A stretch of 64,000 nt of DNA, from the NCBI RefSeq assembly GCF_006345805.1, contig NW_021835460.1, positions 33,024 through 97,023 of the forward strand, in the 5' to 3' direction. A model generated the notes under the pieces. The model had not been told where the DNA came from and ran no database searches. It was given only the letters and a program-made list of their open reading frames with translations. Made by a program: the position numbers and the translations under genes. This DNA comes from Octopus sinensis (taxonomy: Eukaryota). Below, piece after piece: positions 1-13,378 of this stretch (position 1 is its first letter; each line of letters starts with the position of its first letter).

Positions 1-551
1 GAGGAGACGATGAGAAGAGAATGAAAGAGAGAGAGAGAGAGAAAGAAAAAAAGAAAGAAAGAAAATAGTATAAGATTGCGTGATAGAAATGGAAGAGAAA
101 ATAAGGAGAATAAAAGAGTGAAAGAAAGAAGGTAAGAATGAAAGGAAGGAAGACAAAAGGAAACAGAGCAACAATGAAAATATGACATGATTGAACGAGA
201 ATAGAGAAAGAGAAAGCGAGAATGAGAGAGAGAGAGAAAAAAATGAAAGAAATCTGGTTAGCAAAGGGATAAAGAGTGAGATATATCAGAGAGGGACGGA
301 GAGCATGAGAATTGGGGAAGAAAAGGAAGAAAAAAATGGCCTAAGAAAAAGATAAGAAAAGAGAGAGGGAGAGGTGGAGGGAGAGAGGTGAAAGAGAAAG
401 GAAAAGAAGTGTATGAGGGTGTGGGTAAAGCTATATGGTTATATGTTTATCTTATTAACGGAATTCTGTTTAAAGACAATAGTTCAAAGGATGTATCCAT
501 GTCACGTGATTTGTTATCGCTAATGATCCACAATCTTTACTGGCCATAATT

Positions 552-735
552 AGTTGTCGTTAGGTCCCAAGGCAGAGCTAGTCGAGCAGACACTGTGGGC
601 GAAAGCACTCCAGCCTTGGCCATCCCTTTGTATATCATTCTGTACATTTTGAGGACTACGCATTATACAATATTGCAATCTTATTTAATGACTATAGGAT
701 GTAAACTTAAAGGAATCGATTGCTATTTCTAGCAG
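552..735 (-). repeat. Dispersed repeat tail (family E; similar pieces at ~31180-31385 and 34085-34170)
   Basis: Shared ggtcactcgc.tgc.agaa..agcagcc...gacctggggctaaa.caac block. Confidence 0.55.
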
Positions 736-825
736 GCGAGTGACCAACTAGAGTCAGTGCACATTTTTATGTGAATAGATATACAAACATATATAAATAC
801 ATACATACATACATACATACATACA

Positions 826-857
<32 letters not shown>

Positions 858-1895
858 CATAAACATATACATATATATATATATATATATATAAAATCTG
901 TATGTATATATATATATATGTTTCTTACAGAAAAAGCCACCATCATTTTTCATTGATATAGATTTAAATTTTGCACCAAATACTAATCGCACAGTTTTAT
1001 ACCTCTCATCTCATCTTCCTCATCTTTAAATCTAACTTCGTATGTAATGTAGAAAAATCCTACACATATATCATTTTAATTTCTTATATATTATCAAACT
1101 TATCTAAAAAACCGAACGCTCCACAACATATACGCAACAAAACTTTTGTATACTGCATTGCTATACTGCGCAAAAGCCGTTCGTAAAAACCATTTAACGC
1201 ATCATCAAAACTGCCTCCTGTCTATTTGAATCCTTTGTAGCATCGTGGCATTTCAGAATCAACAGTAATTTTGGGAACAGTAACAACGAACAGAGTTAAA
1301 CAGCTAAAAGAACACGAACTCCATAAACAGAGAATTCGCATTCTTTCAATTATATATTTGTTTATCAATATTTTCCTCATAATATAATGAATTCTTTGTA
1401 GATTATTTGGGACAGTAAAATTCCGAAATCTATCATAAAATTTTGTTGATCATTACAGTCCCATCTTCAGAACGAAGAAATGTTGGTGCATATTGCTTCC
1501 TCGTTGTAGTTGACGTGGGCAATACAACTGACATAGGTTTTACAAGCAGAATTTGAATTTTTGACCGTTTAATTTATAAACCATCAGTCAGATATTTGTA
1601 TTTATAATTATACAAGATATCTATGTGATTACTTTAACAGTGTGCTGGTTTATAATATGTGCTTCTATTAAGTGTCTCTTAGTGGGGGCAATCATATAGA
1701 ATATACATATACTGTCCACTAATGTTTTCCTATATAGTATTGCGTGGTTTGGTGCGCTGTAGTTGCTTTCTGTAAAAGTATAGAATAGAAAACTCACCAG
1801 AGAAGGATCGAACTCGGAACTACAAAACTACAAAGTTACAAAGCAAAATTCTTAACCACCCACACGCACGCTTGCACATACATACATACATACAA

Positions 1896-1956
<61 letters not shown>

Positions 1957-2714
1957 CTATATATATATATATATATATAATATATATATATATAATAATA
2001 TATATGTATATTATATATATACACATATTCCTGAAAGCCATTTAATTTGAAATAGAAATCTCACTAATAATTAATTATATTCTTAATTATTAATTATCTC
2101 ATATTTCCCAATTACAACCTCATTGCCGCCGCGGCCGTCACTCCTGACGCTCTCTTCCCCAGCATCCAGTGGAGGGGTCAATTCAGCGGTCATTTCTATA
2201 TTCATTTCAAACTAGATAAGTCGTTGTAAAAGTCCATTATAGAATTATAAATGGTTATTCTACTTACAACGCTGGAAGCTAAGGCAGCATAGAGTGGCCA
2301 AACTTTCCAAGACAACACTGTCTCCAGGTCGGACCAATATACATACAAACCGCTATATTCATATAATTCCGAAGTTGAAAGTTTATACACCGAGGTCTTG
2401 TGTCGTGGCCTAAAACCTTACAAAATGGATACCAGAACGCACGAAACTAATCAAGCGGGTAAGTCTATTTATACATTCCTTATCTAGACGTACGTTCATA
2501 CACCTCAGGCTGATACTGTCTATCCAATGAATATATGCACACTATTGACGAACCAGTGAAAAATTACCCAGTCTCTATGTAGCCTCTGTCTACACATTCT
2601 TTATATCTGGCTCATATCTACGCACTGTTTCTTTATAAACAATCAATATCAATTCGGAGCGTCTAAATAAGCCAAAAGCAATATGTAATATTTATTCAGC
2701 ATCTTGTTAGGATA

Positions 2715-2771
<57 letters not shown>

Positions 2772-2794
2772 CTATCTATCTATCTATCTATCTA

Positions 2795-2845
<51 letters not shown>

Positions 2846-3233
2846 TATATATATATCTATCTATTTATTTATCAATCTATCACAATTTCTCCCGCCCTTC
2901 TTCCTTCTCTGTCTTGTATGGCCGTCTCCCTTTTTCTGTTGGTTCTCACTCTCTCCCTCCCTCTTTCTCTATCTGTACAAATATATATGTGTTTATATAT
3001 ATATATATATATTATATATATATATATATATATTATGAAGCAAAGGAGGACTCAAAGTCCGAAAGTTTCGTGCGTCTAGCACTTGTCTTATTAGTCAAAC
3101 CTATATATATATATATCTGTGTGTATGTATATGTATGTATGTATATATATAAATGTATGTATATATAAATATGTACGTATGCATTTGTCTTATATATAGA
3201 GTGGGATATATAGATACATAGTGTGTATTTTTC

Positions 3234-3264
<31 letters not shown>

Positions 3265-3803
3265 ACTTTGATACTTACAGATATGCCAGAATAAAAGAAC
3301 GTGGGATGCAACTATCTAAGCCTCAGAAAACAGCTTTGCTTTCATTTAGTTACTTATCTGTTTAATTATTTATTCGTGTTTCTTGTTTCATGTCAAGCTT
3401 TATCTGCCTCGTCAGAGTATTTACAATTTTGTGGATCCAACAGTGCCAAGTGTTGGTTCACTGCACCATGGTGAACACTGCTGTTGTTGCACCGCGATTG
3501 CTTATAATCCACCCAGCTGGATTAGTCGCTGCCAACCACAATATCAATCAAGGTTATCATAGAAAAAAAATGTCACCGTCATTTTTCATTGCTATAGCTT
3601 TCAATTTTGCAGCTTACACGTATTGTATTATATTTATAAAAGATATGTATTATATATAAAAAAAAATACAAAACGAGACAAGAACGCAAAATATCCAGAG
3701 AGTTAGGTGATGAAAAAAAACGGGCCAACAAAACATCCAGATAGATGATACAAAGAAAACAAGGACGGGTCATATATATATATAGCTACATTATATATAT
3801 ACA

Positions 3804-3837
<34 letters not shown>

Positions 3838-3868
3838 ACATATTATATTATATCTAATATCTATATAT

Positions 3869-3983
<115 letters not shown>

Positions 3984-4679
3984 ATATATAAAAACCTAAT
4001 AATATCTATATATATATATATATCGATATATATATATATATACTTAGATATATAATATATATAATATATATATATATAAAAATGTGAGGATAAAATTCTT
4101 TTCGAAAACAAATATTTTCTCGAAAAATATTTTATCAATGATATTGCATTAAAAAATACCTTTAACGGTTTAAATTTATAAACAATTCATAAATGAGGGC
4201 AAAGGAAAAACATTTCTAATGCCAAGTATGCCGAAAAAATTGTACATATTGTCTATTAACCATATAATTTTTTGACAATACGCCGCTACTCGAAAAAAGG
4301 TCGACAGATATTTCTAAAAAATTCCATTATTACCATATCGGACCGATTTCAGAGTTAGCTGAATTATATAATATATATATATTTATATTTATATATTTAT
4401 ATATATACATATATACATACACACACGCACAACACACCACACACACACACAAACACACACACAACACACACCCACACGCATAATATATTTATAAATATAT
4501 TATATATATTATTGTTTGCATTTCGGGGTGATAAATTTATTTATTTTATTTATTTTGCCAAATAAACACACGCACTACACACTCGTTCTTCCACTCTTGA
4601 GTACTGTTCAGTCCTGTCCGAAAATCTTTCATTCACGCTCTGTGACCTCCTCAGCGATATATATATATATATTATATAT

Positions 4680-4710
<31 letters not shown>

Positions 4711-5959
4711 CTATATATATATATGACCTAACCATAGTGCACATATGAATTCCAGACGATATGAGGAGGGATTACATACTCACAGACGACAAATTATCCA
4801 TTGTTAATCACAAACGAGGGTGGGTTCAATTCCTGCTATTAGCATTACAGAGAGGTGTGAATTATCTTTGTATAGATGTACAATTCAATGGTGTAGATGT
4901 AAATTTCCAGAGAAATGAAGAGGAATTTCATATTCACAGGCGATAAATTATCAATGGTTGAACACAATGAGGTATATCATTCTTGTTATATGATTAGGTA
5001 TTTGCCACATTAATCACATACTGCTATTTACAAGAGGCTTGTAGCTATTTAACTTTTAAAGGCTGAAGGGCTTTCTAGAGATGCAAAGAACAGGAAAAAG
5101 GGAAGGGAGAAGAGAAGAAAGAGAGAGAAAATAAAGGAGGAGGGGCAAAAGGGGGGGGGGGACAAAAGAGAAGAGAAAAGGAAAAAGAGAATAAGAAGAA
5201 GAAAAAGAAAAAAGAGAAAGAGAAAGAAAAGAGGGAAAGAAATAGGGAGAAGGGAAAAAAAAGAAAAGAAAAACAAGAGGGTTCTAGTTATACAGAAGAA
5301 TTAGTAGACGGCAAGTCTGGTTTTAATTTACAGGCATCTAGGAACTAGAGGAGAATATTATTTTGACCAGTAAAACAGCTAATTTATTGCTGTTGAAATC
5401 AGCTATGAATTTAAAGGAATCTAAAGAGATAACACGGTAGGGGTTTAGGGGTCAGAGGCTAAAATCAAAAGAAAATACATTCGGAAAATCTAAGTATAAT
5501 ATTATCAAAAAGTCATTTAAAATTTATTTATTTAATTTATTCATTTTTGTCTTAAGGAGTTGCCGTTATTATTCATACATTGACGGACTACAGGTCAAAT
5601 CTTAGAAGATCATTTACAAGGTGTTGTGGGAATTGCTATCATAATGAAGATAATCATATTATCACCGAGGGAGTAGCCTTATTTATTTAATTTGAAATAG
5701 AATATGGGGCTTTAGTAAATCATTTTATTTTATTAAAGTTATGCGACTTAGATTAGATTAAGTTAAGAATTAAAATTAAAAATTACAATTAAGATTTAAA
5801 ATTAAGATTTAAAATATGAGTTTGAAATTAAATAAAGCCTCAATTAAGCAGGTATAAGTACTAGTCATTTCCCTGTTCTCAAAATACTGATGCAGATATA
5901 AGGAAAAAGATAACTGTGTGTGAGAATCTTAGTTATCTACTTAAAGCAGTGCCTATACT

Positions 5960-8330
5960 AGTAAAAATCAAGTTATATCGATCTATCTATCTAGTACGAA
6001 TATTCTAATCATTTAAAATATTTTAAAGTCTTCAATTTAGCGTGGACACAAACTTGACCTAGTTCGATATGGTTATTCAATAAGTTCTCTATTTTCTATG
6101 CTTTAGAATTCATACGGTCTCCATGGAGCATAGTTGGCCAACCAAACCCTACTATTTTTATACGGATTGCTCTCCAACTATTTCCCAATTAAGGTTATAA
6201 TTATTATAGTATTTTTGAGTTCCCAGATTTGTTTGAAAGTGTGGTGGTACCAGCTTTATGACGTAATTTAAAGACGAGATGTGATTTCTAACTCTGGCTA
6301 GAAAATTAATTGTACATCAATGTAAAATATTTGTTATTCTCCGTGGATATGGTACATTTATAGATTACATTATTGTCCCACATAGACCAGGTGCCGGCAA
6401 TTTTGATTTTTTTCTACACTTACACACAGGAGGAACAACTTCAGGTTTTGGATTATTCTTGGGTAGATGTCTTAGGTTCCTATTATTTGATTATCATGAG
6501 TATAATTGTCCTTATTGTTATTAATATTTCTATAGTTGGTGCGGATATCTAAAGTATTGCTATATTTATTGATCCTTCTGTTTCATCATTTAGGTCTAAA
6601 TTCCTACCATGATTCTTATATTATTGGTATGTTACTATTATGTTAGTCTTTTATCCGACTGCATATTGTTGTTATAGATATCACTGATATCTTCATTCTC
6701 CTTATTTTCTCCAGTAGCCTTATTTCTTATTTCTATTATTAACATTATACTTCTATTAATATCGGCATTGGTATTATTACTATTAATGTTAATGTATTAG
6801 TCCTTCTTTGGGTACTAATTTCACTATGTTGATAGTTACTATTGCTGTTTTATGTTGGTAGTATATTATAATTGCTATTGGTATTCATGCTGATATTATT
6901 TTTATTTCTATCTTTCCTGGCTAGTTTAATGTTGTTATTATTAATCTTAGCTATTAAAGTGGACATATTTGGGAGGGTGAATAAGAAATCCTAAACGGTT
7001 TCCTAGAAATAATTCTATGATATCTATGAGAGATAGGGAAATTTTTTTCCAGAATTACTTTGAATGTTTCTGTATATCCGATTGTATCGCACAGTTGAAA
7101 GGAATATTCAGCCATAATATATCTTTTTTATTAAATTTAGGGTTCGTAGAATTATTACTATTCATCTCACCGGAGTTATTGTATTTATTACCATTATTTT
7201 TATTTATATTTGTGTGCATCTTAGGTTTATCTACTTCGATATTATCCGAGAGTTACTATGTTCTGGTCAATGGTTCTATTTGAAGTGTTGGGCCTGTACG
7301 TTAGATTAGCGTTTACCGTTAATTTAATTCTACTTTTATTTCGGGCTTGGTCTGTATTGCTGCTTACGTGATTACTGATAACTTCTTTATTAGGAATACG
7401 TGAGTTCTCCTTATCAACGAATGTAATCTTTTGGTTGTATCAGCCTAGCTAACGCCGCATTATAATGCTCAGAATGGGAGTTAAATATTCCTTATTGGAT
7501 GATAATTTTGAAATTCTTAATGAAATATTTCTTACTAAAGATTCAATTATATTTGGGGGATGATTTGATAATTTATTTACGTAATTCGTGATTTCGCCTT
7601 CCTTTCTAAATGGGTAATGCAGCTTGGAGTTTAAGGTCTAGCGTAATATCTAGGAAGTTAACTATTTTAGTGCCCGGTTCATACGTTATACTGAGGTTGA
7701 AATCCTTAAAGAACTTATTAATTTTCTTTCTAATCCTTTCTATAACAGATTTATTATTACTAGGGATAACAAACAGAGCATCATCCCTATATAGAACCCC
7801 CCTGTATTTCTGGGATATCCTTGCTTATGCATTTTAATAGATATGCGCCTACTAGGTTGGTTACCTCAGCCGAATCACTGGAACCCATTGGTATATCAAA
7901 ATAATTAGGTGTATCTGCTCTCGTCCTAATTTATCTTCAAATTCTATAAATGTCTTCCTACTAGTAGCACAATATTGATTTCTTCTCTAGATATGAGGGA
8001 CGATTCATGGCAAATATTAGTGATTTGTTGAGAACTTTAATGAACTTTGAAATCTGTTTATGTTACTTAATTATCTACATTACTTCATGAGTATAAGCCT
8101 CAACCACTAGGATATCTAGAGAACTCACATGTATTTTAGCTGATGAGTACGGGATACGTTGATATGCTGTAATTTTTGCAACATTTAATAAGCCTGTCCT
8201 TGTATGAACGATTGTACTAAAACCATCCATTCTTGTTGCTGTTGCTTCTTTCTCGCTTATAATCACCCCACATTACTGTATTGTTAAAACAGTATAGTTT
8301 TTTTGGTGCATCTAAGTTAGGTACCATATT
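5960..8330 (-). mobile_element. Degenerate 5'-truncated Penelope-like retroelement (RT plus C-terminal GIY-YIG endonuclease)
   Basis: Minus-strand motifs in order: FDIPMGSSDSAEVTNLVGAYLL (~7900-7840), LYRDD (YRDD at 7791-7780), VNFLDITLDL (7662-7633), SNHPP (~7570-7555), NVIYKCTISTENNKYF (~6375-6325), and C-terminal QLCSME..I..LN...C.H (~6143-6070). Multiple stops and frameshifts. Confidence 0.9.
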
Positions 8331-8374
8331 CAAGTAATTCATTAAATTAACTTGAATCTTTATTGCTTATATTA

Positions 8375-8407
<33 letters not shown>

Positions 8408-8539
8408 CATACATATATTCGTATAGATGATCAATAATAAGCAAATGGCCAAGCATTCATTGATGATGTGACGCTAAGCATGTTGAGCAAATTCATTTAA
8501 TTATTTTGAGCTGACTGTTCATTGAATCTGTTGTTATAA

Positions 8540-8745
8540 ATCAAATAGCCAATGCTGTTAGCATATCTCGTGAGAGAGTTGAGTTGAGAAAATTCTGCGC
8601 AATGAATTTGGCATAATGAAATTCTCTGCTCGGTGGGCGCCACGTCTTCTAACACCTGATCAAAAGCGCACCATTCTGGTTACATCCCAGGAGAAACTGA
8701 CATTGCGTGAGGTAGATCCAGCTGGTTTCCTTGGCAGTTTCCTAT
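8540..8745 (+). mobile_element. Mariner transposase fragment
   Basis: Encodes NQIANAVSISRER...SARWAPRLLTPDQKRT..., the WVPRLLT motif. Homologous to 26690-26880. Confidence 0.85.
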
Positions 8746-9384
8746 ATTTATAAAAAGATAACCTGAAATCATAGGGGATAGGATAAAATCGATCTCACAC
8801 TTAAAGTGTCCTTGGTAATACGAACACAGTTTCAAGGTACTCGGATGTCAGCTGATGGTGTGGGTATTAATCGTAAGTCGCATCACGGCATAATTCTTTT
8901 AAAAAATATACACCAGAGGTGAATTTGTTGGCATGACTATTTGGTGTGCTACTCGCCTTAGAATAACAAACCTACTTGATCCCAGCTATTTCTAGCATAA
9001 TAAACAACCATGTAGAGGACAGGCTTACTTTTGAATTTGTTTTAAAAAGGTGAGATTATAAATGCGGTAAAATAATGTAAGGAGTAAAGAGTAAGTTGGG
9101 AATAAAATGTTCTTCCGAATCATTTTCTTCCGGGTTCAGTCCCTTTTATGTCTTGGTTCTGGTTGCATAATGTAACGAAACAGGGGTAAAGAAAAAAAAG
9201 TAGTTACACGACGCACTATGATTACTGTTAAACGAGGTCAAACGCTCTCTGCCAACGGCTCGCAGTGAACGGCTTACTTCCAATTGCTCACAGCTCTTTA
9301 TTTTATGAGACAATGTGTCAGTCCACTTTAGTCTCTTGGGGGTGGTCGGAATCCTTCTACAACAGTATATTTGTGTCTGTGTTC

Positions 9385-9567
9385 CCCCCAGCACGACGGG
9401 ACGCCAGTCCATTGCAGTGTTACTCATTTTTGCCAGCTGAGTGGACTGGAGCAACGTGAAATGAAGTGTTTTGCTCAAGAACACAACGCGTCACCTGGGC
9501 CAGGAATCGAAACCACACTCCTTACTATCATGATGCTGGACCCCTAACCACTAAGCCACGCGCCTCC
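9385..9567 (-). mobile_element. tRNA-derived SINE family D (V-domain-like block)
   Basis: Head GGAGGCGCGTGGCTTAGTGGTTAGG, B-box GGTTTCGATTCC, block ctgcaatggactggcgtcccgtc resembling the V-SINE domain. Confidence 0.8.
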
Positions 9568-9574
9568 ACGATGT

Positions 9575-9584
9575 GATACATATG

Positions 9585-9654
<70 letters not shown>

Positions 9655-9659
9655 TAATA

Positions 9660-9692
<33 letters not shown>

Positions 9693-9725
9693 TATGTATA
9701 TATAATATATATATATATGTATATA

Positions 9726-9776
<51 letters not shown>

Positions 9777-9837
9777 ATATATATATATATATATGTATAT
9801 TATATATATAATATATATATATGTTATATATAGATAT

Positions 9838-9868
<31 letters not shown>

Positions 9869-10154
9869 ATATATATATATATATAATGTCTATATATATA
9901 TATATATATATATATGTATCTATATATATATATATTGTATATATATATATATATATATATAATGTACATATATATATACATATGTATATATATATATATA
10001 GATATATATATATTTATATATATATATATATATATATATGTATTATATATATATGATATATATATATTGTATATGTATTATATAATATGTATATATATAT
10101 ATATAGTAATATATATATATATGTATATTATGATATATATATGTATATATATAT

Positions 10155-10195
<41 letters not shown>
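9575..10195. repeat. Long interrupted (TA)n microsatellite, representative of dozens of TA/CA/TACA/GATA tracts in the window
   Basis: Direct inspection. Confidence 0.97.
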
Positions 10196-10398
10196 TTAGA
10201 GATAAACCACTATGAGACAAATCAAACAATGAAAAACTTAAGCAATACATAAATTAATTAATTTATATTATTATTAAATTATATAATAATGAGTAAAACA
10301 CAATATTTAATATAATATTTTACTATAAAATTTGGATTCAATCCTAAATCTGATTTTTCCCTGTAAGTTTGGATTTATTCCCTAATATTTTATTATAT

Positions 10399-10433
<35 letters not shown>

Positions 10434-10734
10434 TGTATGTATGTATGTATGTATGTAGATGTATATATATATATGTGTGTGTGGTGTGTGATGTGTTGTG
10501 TTTGTGTGTACGGGTTGGGTGGTGTGCACATGTTCTGTGAAGCAATACGTAATATATGAGGTCTTGTGAAGATAAATGTGTCTGCGAATGTGTCTGTGTA
10601 TGGCTTTGCTTGTTTGTATATGTGTATATGCGAGTATGCAAGTAGTGTGTAGTGGTGTATATGTGTGCGTTTGTGCTTGTTAGGACAGATTTGTGTACAT
10701 GTGTACACATGTAGAAATTACAATGGAGATGCAC

Positions 10735-11445
10735 TGAGATGGTTGTGTTGGTGGTAGCAATAAGGGAGAGGAGGAGGAGAGGTAGTAATAGTAGTAGGGG
10801 TGGTGGTGGTGGTGGTGGTGGCGGTGCTGTTGGTGGTGTTGGTGGTGGTGGTAGTAGTAGTAGTGATGGGGATTTTGGTGGCGGTGGTGGTGGTAGCAGA
10901 AGTAGTGGTAGTGGTGATGGTGGTGGTGGAGGAGGAGGAGGAAGAAGAAGAAGAAGAAGAAGAAGAAGAAGAAGATGATGATGATGATGAAAAAGAAGAA
11001 GAAGAAGAAGAAGATGATGATGATGATGATGAAAAAGAAGAAGAAGAAGAAGAAGAAGAAGATGATGATGATGATGAAAAGGAAGAAGAAGAAGAAGAAG
11101 AAGAAGATGATGATGATGATGAAAAGGAAGAAGAAGAAGAAGAAGAAGATGATGATGATGATGAAAAGGAAGAAGAAGAAGAAGAAGAAGAAGATGATGA
11201 TGATGATGAAAAGGAAGAAGAAGAAGAAGAAGAAGATGATGATGATGATGATGATGAAAAGGAAGAAGAAGAAGAAGATGATGATGATGATGATGAAAAG
11301 GAAGAAGAAGAAGATGATGATGATGATGAAGAAGAAGAAGAAGAAGAAGAAGTAGATGATGATGATGAAGAAGAAGAAGAAGTAGAAGAAGAAGAAGAAG
11401 ATGATGATGATGAAGAAGAAGAACAACAACAACAACAATATTACT
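10735..11445. repeat. Compound triplet repeat (GGT/GAA/GAT) with higher-order units
   Basis: Repeated (GAT)4-6-GAAAA(A/G)-(GAA)n blocks. Confidence 0.95.
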
Positions 11446-11709
11446 AACAAACTTGGTTTATCAACAATTGGTTGACGGTTGCTCATTAGGCGTGTGCCAA
11501 CCACCGCCAGATAGCGCCACTAACGTCATTCAAGTCAAAACTAACTTTTTGTTATTAGATCAATCAATTAGAGCTTTACAACGACTGCCAATCTTCTTGG
11601 TTCCTCTTCCGAAGCCAGCCATCTTGAAATTTGGCTGAAATGAAGCATTCTACGTCGTTGCTGTAACGGCTATTATTATCATGTTGTTGTAACTGTTGTT
11701 GTGAGGACA

Positions 11710-11770
11710 GCATTATCATCATCAACATAATCGTCATCATCATCATCATCGTCGTCATCATCATCATCGA

Positions 11771-11803
<33 letters not shown>

Positions 11804-12079
11804 TCATCATCATCATCGTCATTCATCATCGTCATCATCGTCATCATCATCATCATCATCATCATCATCGGCATCATTATCGTCGTCGTCATCATCATCG
11901 CAATTCATTATCGTCATCATCGTCATCATCATCATCATTATCATCATCATCATCGTCGTCATCATTATCGTCGTCGTCATCATCATCATCATCATTATCG
12001 TCGTCGTCATCATCATCATCATCATCATCATTATCGTCGTCGTCGTCATCATCATCGCCATTCATCATCGTCATCATCG

Positions 12080-12117
<38 letters not shown>

Positions 12118-12335
12118 GTCGTCGTCATCATCATCATCATCGCCATTCATCATCGTCATCATCATCATCATCATCATCGCCATTCATCATCGTCATCATC
12201 ATCGTCGTCATCATTATCGTCGTCATCACCATCGTCATCATCATCGTCATCATCCTCACCATCATCATCATCTTCATCATCCTCATCTTCATCATTAGCA
12301 TCGTCGCCACCATCGTCATCAGAAACAGCAGCAGC
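11710..12335. repeat. (CAT/CGT)n compound triplet repeat
   Basis: Direct inspection; recurrent cgccattcatcat punctuation. Confidence 0.95.
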
Positions 12336-12480
12336 ATCAACAGTAACGATTGTAGCATTATTAACACAACTAACTCTATTCCTAGACAGAAACACTCAAT
12401 ACTAAATCAAAGCCATCTTGGTTTTAATTAACAACAACAACGACAACGACAACAATCTAGATCAATCCACTGGTCTCAGA

Positions 12481-12770
12481 TTAATTGAATTTTAGCTTCA
12501 GCTTCCATCAGTTTCTCAAGGACTTCTCGATGTCCTTTACCAAGTCTATTATCCCCAAACTGAACAGCCCTTTTCTTCTTTTCGTCTGTGCTTTGGTATA
12601 TTCGTGAATAAGTCACTAACCGAAATTAATTGAATTTTAGCTTCAGCTTCCATCAGTTTCTCAAGGACTTCTCGATGTCCTTTACCAAGTCTATTATCCC
12701 CAAACTGAACAGCCCTTTTCTTCTTTTCGTCTGTGCTTTGGTATATTCGTGAATAAGTCACTAACTGAAA
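12481..12770. repeat. Direct tandem duplication, 2 x 145 bp
   Basis: ttaattgaattttagcttcagc... starts at both 12481 and 12626; copies nearly identical. Confidence 0.95.
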
Positions 12771-13064
12771 TAAATGAATTTATTGTTTAGAAAAATACTG
12801 TTAACTTGTTTAAGAGTTGTACTGGATAAATTGCGAAAATAACAGTTCAATTACTAAGTAATAAGCATACTCAATTACTAAGTAATAAACATACTCAATA
12901 TGATTTATACCAAATAATTTAGGAAAATGACTGGGTTGTTTCCCTTTGCTATAATTATGGCAATAAATTTCAACAGCCAATGTAGTATTCTCCAGCTTGT
13001 GCAACGATGGTCTCATTTCTCTTGTTTCCCACAAGAGTGATTGTGATTGGCGTGAAGGTTTGTG

Positions 13065-13378
13065 GCTTAATGGTTAGGGGTATTTGCTCGCAATCGTAAT
13101 GTCGCAAGTTCGATTTCCGGCTGCGCATTGTGTCCTTGAGCAAGACACTTTACTGTACGTTGCTCCACTCCACTCAGCTGGCAAAAACGAGTAGTACCTG
13201 TATTTCAAAGGGCCATCCTTGTCACACTCAGTGTCACGCTGAATCTCCCTGAGAACTACGTTGAAGATACGCATGTCTGTGGAGTTTCTCAGTCCCTTGC
13301 ACATTAATTTCACAAGCAGGCTATTTCGTTGATCGGATCAATTTCGGACGCTCGTCGTGGTAAGCGACGGAGAACCAG
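13065..13378 (+). mobile_element. Older chimeric SINE (D-type head/body plus B-type tail)
   Basis: gcttaatggttagg...cttgagcaagacacttt...cagctggcaaaaacgagta, then gtatttcaaagggcc...gagaactacgtt...cgtcgtggtaagcgacggag. Confidence 0.75.

Noticed and set aside
2545-2561. TTGACGA-ACCAGT-GAAA hammerhead-like string in a possible PLE terminal repeat
   Set aside because: C3 is mutated, stem II is essentially absent, and stems I and III do not pair.
4605-4660. Minus-strand CTGAGGA...GAAAGATTTTC hammerhead candidate
   Set aside because: Core words are present, but stem I does not pair and stem II is mismatched. Unsupported without a family consensus.
9544-10252. Numerous YI/IY, HT, VC, LSIY ORFs here and throughout the window
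   Set aside because: Stop-free frames of TA, CA, TACA and GATA microsatellites.
10680-11504. 215-274 aa ORFs rich in D/E, F/I or K/M
   Set aside because: Translations of a triplet-repeat array in every frame, with no splice or domain support.
12960-13050. Minus-strand ITLVGNK resembling a small-GTPase G4 motif
   Set aside because: NKRN rather than NKxD, a stop follows shortly, and no other G motifs.
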